A DNA stretch of 64,000 nt from an uncultured Chloroflexia bacterium (lineage in GTDB: Bacteria; Chloroflexota; Limnocylindria; Limnocylindrales; CSP1-4). Under the pieces are notes generated by a model. That model was not told the origin of the DNA, searched no databases, and saw only the letters and a list, made by a program, of their open reading frames with translations. The stretch is from contig CAWHDR010000005.1 in NCBI GenBank assembly GCA_963828165.1, positions 192,001 to 256,000 on the forward strand, given 5' to 3'. Of this stretch, positions 18,251 through 28,577 are shown piece by piece (the stretch's first letter is position 1; every line of letters begins with the position of its first letter). Position numbers and translations under genes: made by a program.

Positions 18251-18323
18251 GGCACCCTACCAGCACGATAATCTGACCGTCAACATCGGAGGCTGGCGAG
18301 ACGAGCGGAGGGTCGGGAGCGAC

Positions 18324-19217
18324 GTGAGCGATCTCCTCGAACGAGTGGCGGGCGCGCCGATCACGTGGGGCGTGGACGGTTCGCCGGGCTGGGGCTACCT
18401 GATGGGCCGGGACCGGGTCCTGCGCGAGATGGTCGAAAGCGGTCTGTCTGCGACCGAGCTGGGTCCCGACGGCTACCTGCCGACCGATCCGGCAGAACTC
18501 CAGGACTACCTCGCGCAGTTCGACCTGAGCATCGTGGGCGGCTTCGTGCCGGCCCTGCTCTACCGACCGGACCAGATCGAGGCCCAGCTCGAATACGTGA
18601 CGCGGGCCGCTCGGCAGCTGGCCAGCACCGGCTCCAAGGTCTTGGTGCTGGGACCGTCGTCGCATCACCCCGGGTACGACACGTCGGTCGACATGGACGA
18701 CGACGAATGGACGGCGTTCCTCACGAACCTGCGGCGCCTGGAAGACGTCGTCACCGACGCCGGCCTCGAGACCGCGCTCCATCCGCACTGGGGCATGGCG
18801 ATCGAGACCGGCACGCACATCGACCGATTGCTCGAGTCGTCCTCGGTCGGGCTCTGTCTCGACACGGGCCACGTCTACCTGGCCGGCAGCGATCCGGTCG
18901 ATGTCGCGCGCTCCGCGCGCGGTCGCGTCCTCCACGTCCACCTCAAGGACGTCGATCCGGCCAAGGCCGCCCTCGTCCGGAGCGGCGAGATGCCCTTTCG
19001 TGAGTCTGTCATCGACGGCCTGTTCGTGCCCCTCGGGCAGGGAGGCGTCGACATCGCCGGCGTGATCGCTGCACTCGAGGCCGACGGGTACCGCGGCTGG
19101 TATGTCCTCGAGCAGGACGTGTCGCTGAAGGGCGAGCCCCCGGTCGGCGAGGGCCCGAAGGCCGACGCGGTCGACAGCGTGGCGTACCTGAGCAGTCTGT
19201 CCGGGGCTCCTGCGTGA
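18324..19217 (+). CDS. Inosose dehydratase-like TIM barrel (IolE family)
   Basis: APITWG, TELGP, HPHWG, CLDTGH, VHLKD, LEQD. Confidence 0.85.
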   Translation: MSDLLERVAGAPITWGVDGSPGWGYLMGRDRVLREMVESGLSATELGPDGYLPTDPAELQDYLAQFDLSIVGGFVPALLYRPDQIEAQLEYVTRAARQLASTGSKVLVLGPSSHHPGYDTSVDMDDDEWTAFLTNLRRLEDVVTDAGLETALHPHWGMAIETGTHIDRLLESSSVGLCLDTGHVYLAGSDPVDVARSARGRVLHVHLKDVDPAKAALVRSGEMPFRESVIDGLFVPLGQGGVDIAGVIAALEADGYRGWYVLEQDVSLKGEPPVGEGPKADAVDSVAYLSSLSGAPA

Positions 19218-20137
19218 GCCAGCGGGCCCTGAGCGACCTCGAGGCGACCTGCGTCCTCCCGGCGCGGGCCCGACTGGGTGAGTGCCCGACCTGGAGTCCC
19301 GATGACGCGCGGCTCTACTGGATCGACATCGACGATCGGGCGATCCACCGCTACGACCCGCAGTCCGGGCTCGATGAGCAGCGTCCGACACCGGGACGCC
19401 CGGGCTCCCTGGCCCTCACCGCCACCCCGGGACGACTCCTCGTCGCGCTGGAGGGCCGGCTGGGGTTCTTCGACTGGCCATCGGGAGTCTGGCGCGATTG
19501 GATCGCGCTCGAGCCGGAGGGCTTCGGCAATCGCCTCAACGACGGGCGTTGCGATCCGGCGGGGCGCTTCTGGGTCGGCTCGATGTTCGATCCGGCTGTA
19601 GCGGGCAATGCCACGGGGATGCTCCATCGGATCGAGCCGGACGGGACGGCGGTCACGGTGCGGTCGGGGATCGGCGTGGCCAACGGCCTCGCATTCGCCC
19701 CGGACGGGCGAACCATGTACTTCGCCGACACCCCCAAGGAGACGGTCTGGGCGTACGACTACGACGTCGATACGGGCGAAGCCAGGAACGAGCGGGTCTT
19801 CCTCGATTTCGAGCCGTTGCCTGGCCGCCCGGACGGGGCAGCGGTGGACGAGGCCGGCTGCTACTGGATCGCGGCCGTCATGGGCGGGTTGGTCCTCCGG
19901 GTGACGCCGGCCGGGGACATCGATCGGCGGATCCGGGTGCCCGTCGAGAAACCGACGATGCCCGCGTTCGGCGGGCCGGGTCTGTCGACCCTGTACATCA
20001 CGACGATCGGTGGCGGCGGATCCCACGAGGTCGACCCGAGCCAGCCCGACGCGGGTGGCCTCTTCGCGCTCGAGCCTGGTGTCAGCGGGCTGGTAGAGCC
20101 GCGGTTCGGCGGCGGTACTGGCGCGGGGGTGATGTGA
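19214..20137 (+). CDS. SMP-30/gluconolactonase family protein
   Basis: LGECPTW, RLNDGRCDPAGRFW, NGLAF, PDGAAVD. Confidence 0.9.
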   Translation: MSQRALSDLEATCVLPARARLGECPTWSPDDARLYWIDIDDRAIHRYDPQSGLDEQRPTPGRPGSLALTATPGRLLVALEGRLGFFDWPSGVWRDWIALEPEGFGNRLNDGRCDPAGRFWVGSMFDPAVAGNATGMLHRIEPDGTAVTVRSGIGVANGLAFAPDGRTMYFADTPKETVWAYDYDVDTGEARNERVFLDFEPLPGRPDGAAVDEAGCYWIAAVMGGLVLRVTPAGDIDRRIRVPVEKPTMPAFGGPGLSTLYITTIGGGGSHEVDPSQPDAGGLFALEPGVSGLVEPRFGGGTGAGVM

Positions 20138-21132
20138 CCGCGACGACGCCGCCGGTCTGGTTCGAACGCCCCGTGCTCGCCGAGGTGGCGGCGAACGTGG
20201 CCGGCCGATGCACGATCCTCGGTCCCGCGACTGCGGACGACCCGTTCGCAGGCGTCGGCGCCGCTGCGGCGGCGGTCGTCGGGGCCGCGCCGTTCGGCGA
20301 GGTGGCGATGGAGCGCGCCCCGGGGCTGGTGGTCATCGCCCGGACCGGCATCGGCTACGACGCGGTCGACGTCGCCGCCGCGACCCGGCGCGGGATCCTG
20401 GTCTGCAACACGCCCGACGGCCCGACCATCTCGACAGCCGAGCATGCCGTGACGTTGATGCTGGTCGTGGCAAAGAACGTGAAGGCCGCCGAGGGCGCGC
20501 TCCGGACCGCCAGCGCGATCGGCTACTACAGCCGTCACGACGGCATCGAGCTCGACGGCAAGGTCCTGGGCCTGGTCGGCTTCGGCCGGATCGCGCGGCA
20601 TGTCGCCCGGATCGCCGGTGGCCTCGGGATGCGCGTCACGACCTTCGACCCTTACCTCCCCGCCTCCGCCCTACCCGCCGGGATCGACCGCATGGACACC
20701 TTCGACGCGCTCCTCGGGGTTGCCGATGTCGTGTCCGTTCATGTCCCGCTGACCGACGAGTCCCGCGGCCTCTTCGGCGCCGCCCAGTTCGCGGCGATGA
20801 AGCGTGGAGCCGTGTTCATCAACACCGCGCGTGGCGGACTGGTCGACCAGGATGCCCTCCTCGGAGCGCTCGACGACGGCCACCTGTTCGGGGCGGGGCT
20901 CGACGTCACCTCGCCCGAGCCGCTCCCCGCGGGCCACCCGTTGCTGGGCCGAGACGACGTCGTCGTCACTCCGCATGTCGCCTCAGCGACCGCGGACGGC
21001 AAGGCGCGCATCTTCCGGCTCGCGTTCGAGCAGGCGATGGCCGCCGTCCAGGGGCGGCGGCCCGAACACCTGGTCAATCCCGAGGTCTGGGAACGCAAGG
21101 CAGCGGTGCCGTACGCAGGGGTGGGCAAGTGA
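20134..21132 (+). CDS. D-2-hydroxyacid dehydrogenase family protein
   Basis: GIGYDAVD, GLVGFGRIA, FINTARG, TPHVA; GTGA-coupled start. Confidence 0.88.
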   Translation: MTATTPPVWFERPVLAEVAANVAGRCTILGPATADDPFAGVGAAAAAVVGAAPFGEVAMERAPGLVVIARTGIGYDAVDVAAATRRGILVCNTPDGPTISTAEHAVTLMLVVAKNVKAAEGALRTASAIGYYSRHDGIELDGKVLGLVGFGRIARHVARIAGGLGMRVTTFDPYLPASALPAGIDRMDTFDALLGVADVVSVHVPLTDESRGLFGAAQFAAMKRGAVFINTARGGLVDQDALLGALDDGHLFGAGLDVTSPEPLPAGHPLLGRDDVVVTPHVASATADGKARIFRLAFEQAMAAVQGRRPEHLVNPEVWERKAAVPYAGVGK

Positions 21133-22304
21133 CGAAGACGATCGGGATCGGCGTAGTCGGTTTCGGATGGATGGGCCAGGCGCACAGCCGCGCCTACCGC
21201 GACATCCCGGTCTACTTCCCGGAGACCGGGATCCAGCCCCGGCTGGTTGCGGTCGCGGACAACGTCCCCGCACGCCTCGACCTCGCCCGTGACAATTTCG
21301 GCTTCGAAACGGGGCATCTCGACTGGCGCGAGCTCATCGCCCGCGATGACGTCGATGTCGTCGACGTCACCGCGCCCAACGCCCTCCACCGCGAGATCGT
21401 GGAAGCAGCGGCGGCTGCGGGCAAGCACATCTCGTGCGAGAAACCGGTCGGCATCGATCCAGACGCGACCGCCGCCATCGAGTTGGCCGGACGGCGGGCC
21501 GGCGTCGTCACGGGCTGCGGCTACAACTACCGCTGGGCGCCGCTCGTCCAGCACACCCGCCAACTGGTCGCCGACGGGCGGCTCGGCGACCTGACCCACT
21601 ACCGCGGGCGGTTCTTCTCGATGTACGGACGCGACCGGCTCGGCCTGCTCTCGTGGCGATTCCTCCAGGAAGAGGCGGGCTACGGCGTCCTGAGCGACCT
21701 CATGTCCCACGCGATCGACATGGCCCAGTTCCTGTGCGGACCGATCAGCCGGGTCGTCGCGGTCAAGGAGACGTTCATCAAGCAACGGCCCCTGCCGACG
21801 CCCGGTTCCGGCACGCATTACGAACGGGGCAAGCCCGGCGACCCGACCGGCGCCGTGACCAATGAGGACTACGTCGGCGCGCTCGTCGAGTTCGAGAGCG
21901 GCGCGCGCGGCACCCTCGAGTGCGACCGTTCCATCGTTGGGCCGCAGAGCTCCATGGCTTTCGAGCTCAACGGCTCCAAGGGCGCCGTCGGGTGGGATCA
22001 CGAGAAGCTCAACCAGCTGCGGTTGTACCTTCCCGAGGAGCAGCCCAACGACGGGTTCATCGAGGTCCTCGGCGGCGACGCCTTCCCGAATCACGGGAAC
22101 ATCGTCCCGGGCGGCGGCAATTCGATCGGCTACGAGGACATGAAGCTGATCGAGGCGCTGGCGTTCCTCAAGTCCGTCGTCGCCGGGCAGCCCCACGACC
22201 CGGGGTTCACCCAGGCCCTGGCCAACGCTTCGGTCGCCGCCGCGATGGTGCGCTCGTGGTCGTCGGGGGCATGGGAAGACGTCGTCAGCCTGCGCATCGA
22301 TTGA
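21129..22304 (+). CDS. Gfo/Idh/MocA oxidoreductase (inositol dehydrogenase-like)
   Basis: GVVGFGWMG, CEKP, GYNYR, DLMSH. Confidence 0.88.
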   Translation: MTKTIGIGVVGFGWMGQAHSRAYRDIPVYFPETGIQPRLVAVADNVPARLDLARDNFGFETGHLDWRELIARDDVDVVDVTAPNALHREIVEAAAAAGKHISCEKPVGIDPDATAAIELAGRRAGVVTGCGYNYRWAPLVQHTRQLVADGRLGDLTHYRGRFFSMYGRDRLGLLSWRFLQEEAGYGVLSDLMSHAIDMAQFLCGPISRVVAVKETFIKQRPLPTPGSGTHYERGKPGDPTGAVTNEDYVGALVEFESGARGTLECDRSIVGPQSSMAFELNGSKGAVGWDHEKLNQLRLYLPEEQPNDGFIEVLGGDAFPNHGNIVPGGGNSIGYEDMKLIEALAFLKSVVAGQPHDPGFTQALANASVAAAMVRSWSSGAWEDVVSLRID

Positions 22305-22317
22305 GGTACGCGCCAGG

Positions 22318-23079
22318 ATGCTGAAGAACCTGACGAAGGCGAAGCTGGCCGAAGGAAAGGCCGTCTTCGGCTGCTTCGTCCGGACCGCCGAGCCGTCGCT
22401 GATCGAGTACGTCGCCATGCTCGGCTGGGACTTCCTCGTGCTCGACGCCGAGCATGGGACGCTCCTGCCGAACCATGTCGAGGACCTGTGCCGGGCCATC
22501 GAGCCGCGCGGCGTGACGCCGATGGTGCGGGTGACGACGAACGACCCGCCGACGATCCTGCGCTACCTCGACACGGGCGCCCACGGCGCCCACATCCCGT
22601 GGGTCAACAGCGCCGCCGAGGCCGAGCGTGCCGTGCAGTCCGTGAAGTACTCGCCCCGCGGCATCCGCGGGCTGGCCGGCAGCCGGGCGTCGGAGTGGGG
22701 GCTCCGCGAACCCCTGAGCGACTTCGTCGGGCGATCCAATCGCGAAACGCTGATCGTGATCCAGGTCGAGACCCAGGACGCCGTCGACGCCATCGACGAC
22801 TACCTGGCGATCGATGGCGTCGACGTCCTGTTTCTCGGGCCGACCGACCTCTCCCAGTCCCTGGGTCACCCGGGCGACCTGGGCCATCCCGACGTCCTGG
22901 CCGCCATGGACCGCGTCGCTGAGGCCGTCGTCGGATCGGACAAGGTCCTCGGGATCTACGCGGGCACCGCCGACATGACTCGTGAGTGGCTGGACCGCGG
23001 GGCGCGCTACTTCACGACGTCACTGGAGCCATTCCTACGGGATGGCATGACCCGGCACCTGCAGCACGTTCGAGGATGA
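22318..23079 (+). CDS. HpcH/HpaI class II aldolase
   Basis: LDAEHG, LDTGAHG, QVET, GPTDLS. Confidence 0.9.
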   Translation: MLKNLTKAKLAEGKAVFGCFVRTAEPSLIEYVAMLGWDFLVLDAEHGTLLPNHVEDLCRAIEPRGVTPMVRVTTNDPPTILRYLDTGAHGAHIPWVNSAAEAERAVQSVKYSPRGIRGLAGSRASEWGLREPLSDFVGRSNRETLIVIQVETQDAVDAIDDYLAIDGVDVLFLGPTDLSQSLGHPGDLGHPDVLAAMDRVAEAVVGSDKVLGIYAGTADMTREWLDRGARYFTTSLEPFLRDGMTRHLQHVRG

Positions 23080-23086
23080 CGAAGCC

Positions 23087-24931
23087 ATGAAGACGATCCG
23101 GCTGACCACCGCCCAGGCCATCGTGCGATGGGTGCTCGCGCAGCGGACGAGGATCGACGGTGAGGACGTGCCGATCTTCGCGGGCGTCTTCGCGATCTTC
23201 GGCCACGGCAACGTGACATCCCTCGGCGAGGCGCTCGAGCCGGTCCAGGACGAGCTGCCGACCTACCGCGGCCACAACGAGCAGTCGATGGCCCTCGCCG
23301 CGGTCGCCTACGCCAAGGCCATGCGGGGTCGGCGGATCATGATCGCGACCTCGTCGATCGGCCCCGGCTCGACCAACATGGTGACTGCCGCTGCCGTCGC
23401 CCACGCCAACCGCCTGCCGGTCCTGCTCTTCTCCGGCGACACCTTCCAGCACCGCATCGTCGACCCCGTGCTCCAGCAGGTCGAGCATTTCGACGACCCG
23501 ACGCTGACGGTCACCGACACGTTCAAGCCCGTGAGCCGCTACTGGGACCGGATCACGAAGCCCGCCCAGATCGTCCGGTCGCTGCCGCAGGCCCTCGCCG
23601 TGATGCTCGACCCGGCCACGCGCGGCCCGGCCTTCTTCGCCCTGCCACAGGACGTCCAGGCCGAGGCATACGACTTCCCGGAGCGGTTCTTCGAGCCGAA
23701 GGTCCACTACATCCGCCGGCCTGGCCCCGATCCGCGCGACGTCCAGGCGGCCGCCACCCTCATCAAGCACGCCCAGCGACCGCTGATCGTGGCCGGCGGA
23801 GGCGTCCATTACTCCGGCGCGGTCGACGTCCTGCGCTCCTTCGCGGAGCGCCATGCCATCCCGGTCGTCGAGACCGTCGCGGGCAAGTCGACACTCACGC
23901 ACGACCATCCCAACTACGCCGGCCCGATCGGGGTCACGGGATCGACCGCGGCGAACGCCGTGGCGGAACGGGCCGACGTCGTCATCGCGGTGGGGACGCG
24001 GCTCCAGGATTTCACGACGGGCTCCTGGTCCGTGTTCGCCGATCCGGATGTCCGGTTCGTGGCGGTGAACACGGCCTCGTGGGATGCGCACAAGCAGGGG
24101 GCGCAGCCGGTCGTCGGCGACGCCAAGGTCTCGCTCGAGGCGATCGACGCCGCCCTCGGCACGCACGCGGCACCACCCGAGTGGCTGTCGACGGCCGACG
24201 AGCGCATCGCCGAATGGCACGCCTATCTGGATTCCTGGTCCGGGCGAACGCATGACGGCCCGCCCGCCTATGCCGAGGTCATCCAGGTCATCAACACGGC
24301 CGCCGACCCCGCGGACTACATCGTCTCCGCGGCCGGTGGCCTGCCCGGCGAGCTGAGCATGGGCTGGCGCTCCAAGGGGATCGGGACGTTCGACTCAGAG
24401 TACGGCTACTCGACGATGGGCTACGAGATCGCCGGAGCGTGGGGCGCGCGGATCGCCCGGCCGACGGGTGAGGTCATCGCCTGGGTCGGCGACGGCTCGT
24501 ACCTGATGATGAACTCGGACATCTACTCGACGGTGATGACCGGTCAGAAGGTCATCTTCATGGTCTGCGACAACGGCGGCTTCGCGGTCATCAACCGCCT
24601 GCAGGTCAACACCGGCGGAGCCGAATTCAACAACCTGCTCCGCAACACCAATCACGAGCGCTACTTCCAGGTCGACTTCGTGAAGCACGCCGAATCGATG
24701 GGCGCGATCGCCGAGCGGGTCGAGACCATCGACGAGCTGCCGGCGGCGTTCGCCCGGGCAAGGGCCGCCGACCGGAGCTACGTCATCGTCATACCTGTGA
24801 GCGAATACACCTGGACCGAGGGCGGTGCTTGGTGGGAGGTCGGCGTGCCCGAGGTCAGCGAACGGGCCGCGGTCCGCGCGGCACGTGAGGACTGGGCCGC
24901 CAAGAAGCAGCGCCAGCGCGTCGGCGTCTGA
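23087..24931 (+). CDS. iolD: 3D-(3,5/4)-trihydroxycyclohexane-1,2-dione acylhydrolase
   Basis: RLTTAQA, FAIFGHGNV, HNEQSMA, EYGYSTMGYE, GDGSYLM. Confidence 0.95.
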   Translation: MKTIRLTTAQAIVRWVLAQRTRIDGEDVPIFAGVFAIFGHGNVTSLGEALEPVQDELPTYRGHNEQSMALAAVAYAKAMRGRRIMIATSSIGPGSTNMVTAAAVAHANRLPVLLFSGDTFQHRIVDPVLQQVEHFDDPTLTVTDTFKPVSRYWDRITKPAQIVRSLPQALAVMLDPATRGPAFFALPQDVQAEAYDFPERFFEPKVHYIRRPGPDPRDVQAAATLIKHAQRPLIVAGGGVHYSGAVDVLRSFAERHAIPVVETVAGKSTLTHDHPNYAGPIGVTGSTAANAVAERADVVIAVGTRLQDFTTGSWSVFADPDVRFVAVNTASWDAHKQGAQPVVGDAKVSLEAIDAALGTHAAPPEWLSTADERIAEWHAYLDSWSGRTHDGPPAYAEVIQVINTAADPADYIVSAAGGLPGELSMGWRSKGIGTFDSEYGYSTMGYEIAGAWGARIARPTGEVIAWVGDGSYLMMNSDIYSTVMTGQKVIFMVCDNGGFAVINRLQVNTGGAEFNNLLRNTNHERYFQVDFVKHAESMGAIAERVETIDELPAAFARARAADRSYVIVIPVSEYTWTEGGAWWEVGVPEVSERAAVRAAREDWAAKKQRQRVGV

Positions 24932-24936
24932 CGGCG

Positions 24937-25722
24937 ATGGGCGACTTCGACGACCGGGTGGTCGTGATCACGGGCGCCGCATCCTTCGTGGGCGAGGCGA
25001 TCGCCGCCGACCTGGTGGCCGCCGGCGCCCGCGTGGTCCTGGGTGACCGCGATGCGGACCACGGAGCGGCCGCGGCGGGGCGTCTGGCCGACGCGGCGCG
25101 TTTCGTGGCGACGGATGTGTCCCAGGATGCCGACCTGGACCGGCTCATCTCGACCGCGCTCGACGAGCACGGACGGCTCGATGGCGTGGTCGGGGTCGCC
25201 GCAGACTTCGAGGACCAGCTCCTCGGCAGCACGCGCGAGCTATGGGACCGCGTCCTCGACGCCAACGTCGGGTCGGCCGCGATGCTCACGACGAAGGGAG
25301 CCGCGGCGATGACCGCGGGCGGCGCGATCGTTCACATCGCCTCGGTGAGCGGACATGTCTCCCAGCCGGCCCACGTCGTGTACAACGTGTCCAAGGCGGC
25401 GTTGCTGATGCTCGTCAAGAGCTCGGCGCACCACCTCGCCTCGCGCCGCATCCGCGTCAACGCGGTCTCGCCCGGCTGGATGTGGAGCCGCAATATCGAG
25501 CGGCGCTACGGCACACGGGAACGGGCCGACGCCCTGGCTGCGGAGTTCCAGCCGCTCGGCCGGATGGCGGATCCCGAGGAAGTGGCCCACGCGGTGACGT
25601 TCCTGTTGTCGGACCGTTCGTCGTTCATCACCGGTGCCGAGCTGCTGGTGGACGGTGGCTACTCGACGATCGGTCCCGAGGCGCTCGGCCAGCCGTTCGA
25701 GAAGGTCCGGACGATCGTCTAG
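24937..25722 (+). CDS. SDR family oxidoreductase
   Basis: VITGAA, YNVSK, RVNAVSPGW, VDGG. Confidence 0.9.
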   Translation: MGDFDDRVVVITGAASFVGEAIAADLVAAGARVVLGDRDADHGAAAAGRLADAARFVATDVSQDADLDRLISTALDEHGRLDGVVGVAADFEDQLLGSTRELWDRVLDANVGSAAMLTTKGAAAMTAGGAIVHIASVSGHVSQPAHVVYNVSKAALLMLVKSSAHHLASRRIRVNAVSPGWMWSRNIERRYGTRERADALAAEFQPLGRMADPEEVAHAVTFLLSDRSSFITGAELLVDGGYSTIGPEALGQPFEKVRTIV

Positions 25723-25724
25723 CG

Positions 25725-28334
25725 TCAGCGGCGCGAGCGCGCCCGGACGAGGTCGTCGAGCTTCTCCCGACTCGCGGCCATGTAGGCGGCCAGCCGCGCC
25801 CGTTCGCCGGGTGAGCGGACCGTGGCGATCTGCTCGACCCACGTCCTCGCACCGTCGATGATCGTGCCGATCGCGGCCGCGTCGTCGGGCGCGAACGCCG
25901 GCTTGCCGGGGATGTCCACGTACACCGGGGAGCTGTGAGCGCCCATGCTCGTGGCAAAGCCCGAGTGGATCTGCTCGCGGCTGGTGACCCGCGCGGCAAG
26001 CCATCCGCTCGTCGAGATCGTGACGCGCTCCGCGAGGCTCGCCCGATCGCTCCCTCCCGCGGTCGTGGCCGCGATGACGACGCCATCGCGGATGAGCTCG
26101 AGGCGATCGATCACCGGTTGCGCGGCCGACGCGGCGGCACGCACCTCGACCGATCCCCCACTCCGCCCAAGCGTGATGACGTCGCCCGGCCCGCAGCCGT
26201 CGACCTCAAGGTCGACGAAGGATCCCGACGATACGAACGTCCGCCCCGCCCGTACGGCGGCCGCCCAGGTCTCGAACGAGATCGGCGCGCCGGGGTCCAG
26301 GCGGGCGTAGGTCCGGACGGCCCCGAGCGGGATCTCGGCCGACATCTTGTCCGTGCCACCCACGATCGGCAGCCGGAAGCCGCAATTGAGGAAGCGATAC
26401 CACTCGCGGATGGACGGACCGTCGATGTCCGGCGTGAGTGCCTGCATCTCGACCGCGTCGATCTTGCCCGAGACGATATCGGCGGCGACCTCTCCGTACG
26501 GCAACGGGAAGTGGACGGCGAGCGCCAACCCGCCCTGCTCGCGGGCCGCATCGGCCCAATCCGCGATCAGGCCGGTGAGCGGATCGCCCAGGCGGGCCTC
26601 CGGAGCTCCGGCGCTCGCCATCGGGAGCACCGCGTCCGATGCGCCGAGCAACCCGATGTGACCGAGCATGTTCTGGCGGTTTTCGCTGCCCATGACCACC
26701 ATGTGGCGGCCGGTCGGGTCGGTGACGACGGCGGCCGGGAGGTCCGCGCCGCTCGTGTGATGGTCGCCCCACTGCGTCGCGAGCAGGTTGACGATGGCCA
26801 CGCCCTCGGCCCGCGCCTGGAGCAGGGCCGAGGTCGGCGAGATGAAGTGGACGTGGCAGTCGACGGTGATCCAGTCTGGGCCGGCGGGGCCCGCGACCGG
26901 CTCCAGCGCCAGGACGAGCGGGGCGCGGCTGCGATCGCCGTTGCCGTCCGCGCCAACCTCGATGGAGCGACTGAGCGGGCGGTAGCCGAACCCGCGCACC
27001 ACCTCGACCTGCACGGCCCCTTCCGGTAGCTCGATGGGGAACCGGCCCGGGACGTAGGCGTAGGTCGCAGCGCCGAGGACCAGGTCCGCGCCGGTGTCCT
27101 CGTTGAGCCCCGGGTTGATCTCGTCGCGGTGGCCCATCGGAGGGAGATACCGCCCGTCCGCCGCCCGGAACCGGACACGAGCCGGCATGACGTCCCCGGT
27201 CGTCGCGTCGACGATCTCGACGTCCAGCCGGCGGGTCGGCGTCCGCAGCGATTCGATGGTGACGGCGCCGAACCGCTTGCGTGCGCCGTCCGCCGGCAGG
27301 CGGCCCGCCGGTACGAGATCCTCGCCGACGGCGATCGTGGCGTCGTCGGTCATCGCGAGGTCGACGAGCGTCGCGGTCGTTGAAGGCCCGTCATCCGCGA
27401 GCGGCGTCCCCCATCCCATGACCGCGCCCGACTGCCCACGGTCCGGCTCGAGCGTCGGCGGCGCGGGGCGCTTCCGGAACACCTGCCCGAGGTCCACGGC
27501 AACCTCGCCGGCTGCCACTGACTTGCCCTCGATCCGGAGCGTGCGCCGCGGCTCGAGGACCAGGGGCGAGGCGGCCCCGCGGAATGTCGTGACTGCGGCG
27601 ACGACGACCCCACCTCCGGCGTCGAGCGACGCGAGCGGTTCCATCCGCAGTCGGACGAGGTCGCCGGCACCGTCCGGGATCTCGATCGCGTGCAGCCACA
27701 GGGCGATGTCGCCCGTCGGGCTGGGCACCGAATCGGCTACTCCGGTCTGCGCGGGACCCCAGCTGCCCGGCAGGATCCCGAGCAACCCGGCGTGCCCGGG
27801 CTCTGCGTAGCCACCCACGGGCATCGCGGGATATGGCCCGCGCCAGTCGAGCGGCGTGTCGATCCTGTGCGCCACGGCGGCGAAGGCGCCCTGACCCCAG
27901 CCGATGATGCCCTCATTCACCTCGAAGCGGCGGCGCATGATTCCGGAGATCTCCCGCCCCGACGCGAGTTCCACGGTGTAGCGGGCCAGCGGCTGGCCGA
28001 CGGGCGTGACCCAGCCGATCGGCAGGTCCGCCGGACGACCCGCGACCGGGTCGCGCCACGCGTCGCAGAAATGGGCCACCACGACGTGACTGGCCGGACC
28101 AGCCGCGCGCAGGTCGACGACCACCTCACGGTCGAGCAGGAGCCAGCGGCGCTCGCTGGTCACAAGGGCGAGTCGGAACGGCAGGCCTCGGAAGACGGCT
28201 CGGCCCGCCGGCAGCCGTCCGATCGCCTCGCGATAGCCCGGATGGAGCCGCGCGCCCAGCTCGCGGTCGCTCGTGTTGCGCTTCCGTCGCAGGTCGACCG
28301 GGGTCGCCCGGGGCGTCGATCGCGGCAGTGTCAT
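25725..28334 (-). CDS. Large CehA/McbA-like metallohydrolase (PHP-like domain)
   Basis: DCHVHF, ENRQNMLGH, WYRFLNCG, GGTDKM, GRTFVSSG, AHSSPVY; start uncertain. Confidence 0.7.
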   Translation of the reverse strand: MTLPRSTPRATPVDLRRKRNTSDRELGARLHPGYREAIGRLPAGRAVFRGLPFRLALVTSERRWLLLDREVVVDLRAAGPASHVVVAHFCDAWRDPVAGRPADLPIGWVTPVGQPLARYTVELASGREISGIMRRRFEVNEGIIGWGQGAFAAVAHRIDTPLDWRGPYPAMPVGGYAEPGHAGLLGILPGSWGPAQTGVADSVPSPTGDIALWLHAIEIPDGAGDLVRLRMEPLASLDAGGGVVVAAVTTFRGAASPLVLEPRRTLRIEGKSVAAGEVAVDLGQVFRKRPAPPTLEPDRGQSGAVMGWGTPLADDGPSTTATLVDLAMTDDATIAVGEDLVPAGRLPADGARKRFGAVTIESLRTPTRRLDVEIVDATTGDVMPARVRFRAADGRYLPPMGHRDEINPGLNEDTGADLVLGAATYAYVPGRFPIELPEGAVQVEVVRGFGYRPLSRSIEVGADGNGDRSRAPLVLALEPVAGPAGPDWITVDCHVHFISPTSALLQARAEGVAIVNLLATQWGDHHTSGADLPAAVVTDPTGRHMVVMGSENRQNMLGHIGLLGASDAVLPMASAGAPEARLGDPLTGLIADWADAAREQGGLALAVHFPLPYGEVAADIVSGKIDAVEMQALTPDIDGPSIREWYRFLNCGFRLPIVGGTDKMSAEIPLGAVRTYARLDPGAPISFETWAAAVRAGRTFVSSGSFVDLEVDGCGPGDVITLGRSGGSVEVRAAASAAQPVIDRLELIRDGVVIAATTAGGSDRASLAERVTISTSGWLAARVTSREQIHSGFATSMGAHSSPVYVDIPGKPAFAPDDAAAIGTIIDGARTWVEQIATVRSPGERARLAAYMAASREKLDDLVRARSRR

Positions 28335-28400
28335 CGACGCAGGCCAGAGGTCGCGTTCGTTCGCCGTGGCACTCGCGATCACCCTCCGCGACAACCTGCG

Positions 28401-28447
28401 TTGACCCTCTCGCGTCGGTATGCTAGCGTCCGCGCAACCGATTGCAC
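28401..28447 (+). promoter_or_regulatory. Sigma70-type promoter with LacI operator
   Basis: TTGACC-17-TAGCGT followed by GCAACCGATTGCAC. Confidence 0.65.
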
Positions 28448-28577
28448 AAGTCACCGAATGCACGCGAAAGCGGAGGGGCATCGGTCAGTGGGTGCCTGCG
28501 CTACACCGTCCGGCGAGCAGCCCCGGACGGACGTGATCATCGTCGCGCCGCCCGTCTGGGCGGCTTAGACGGGCCGG

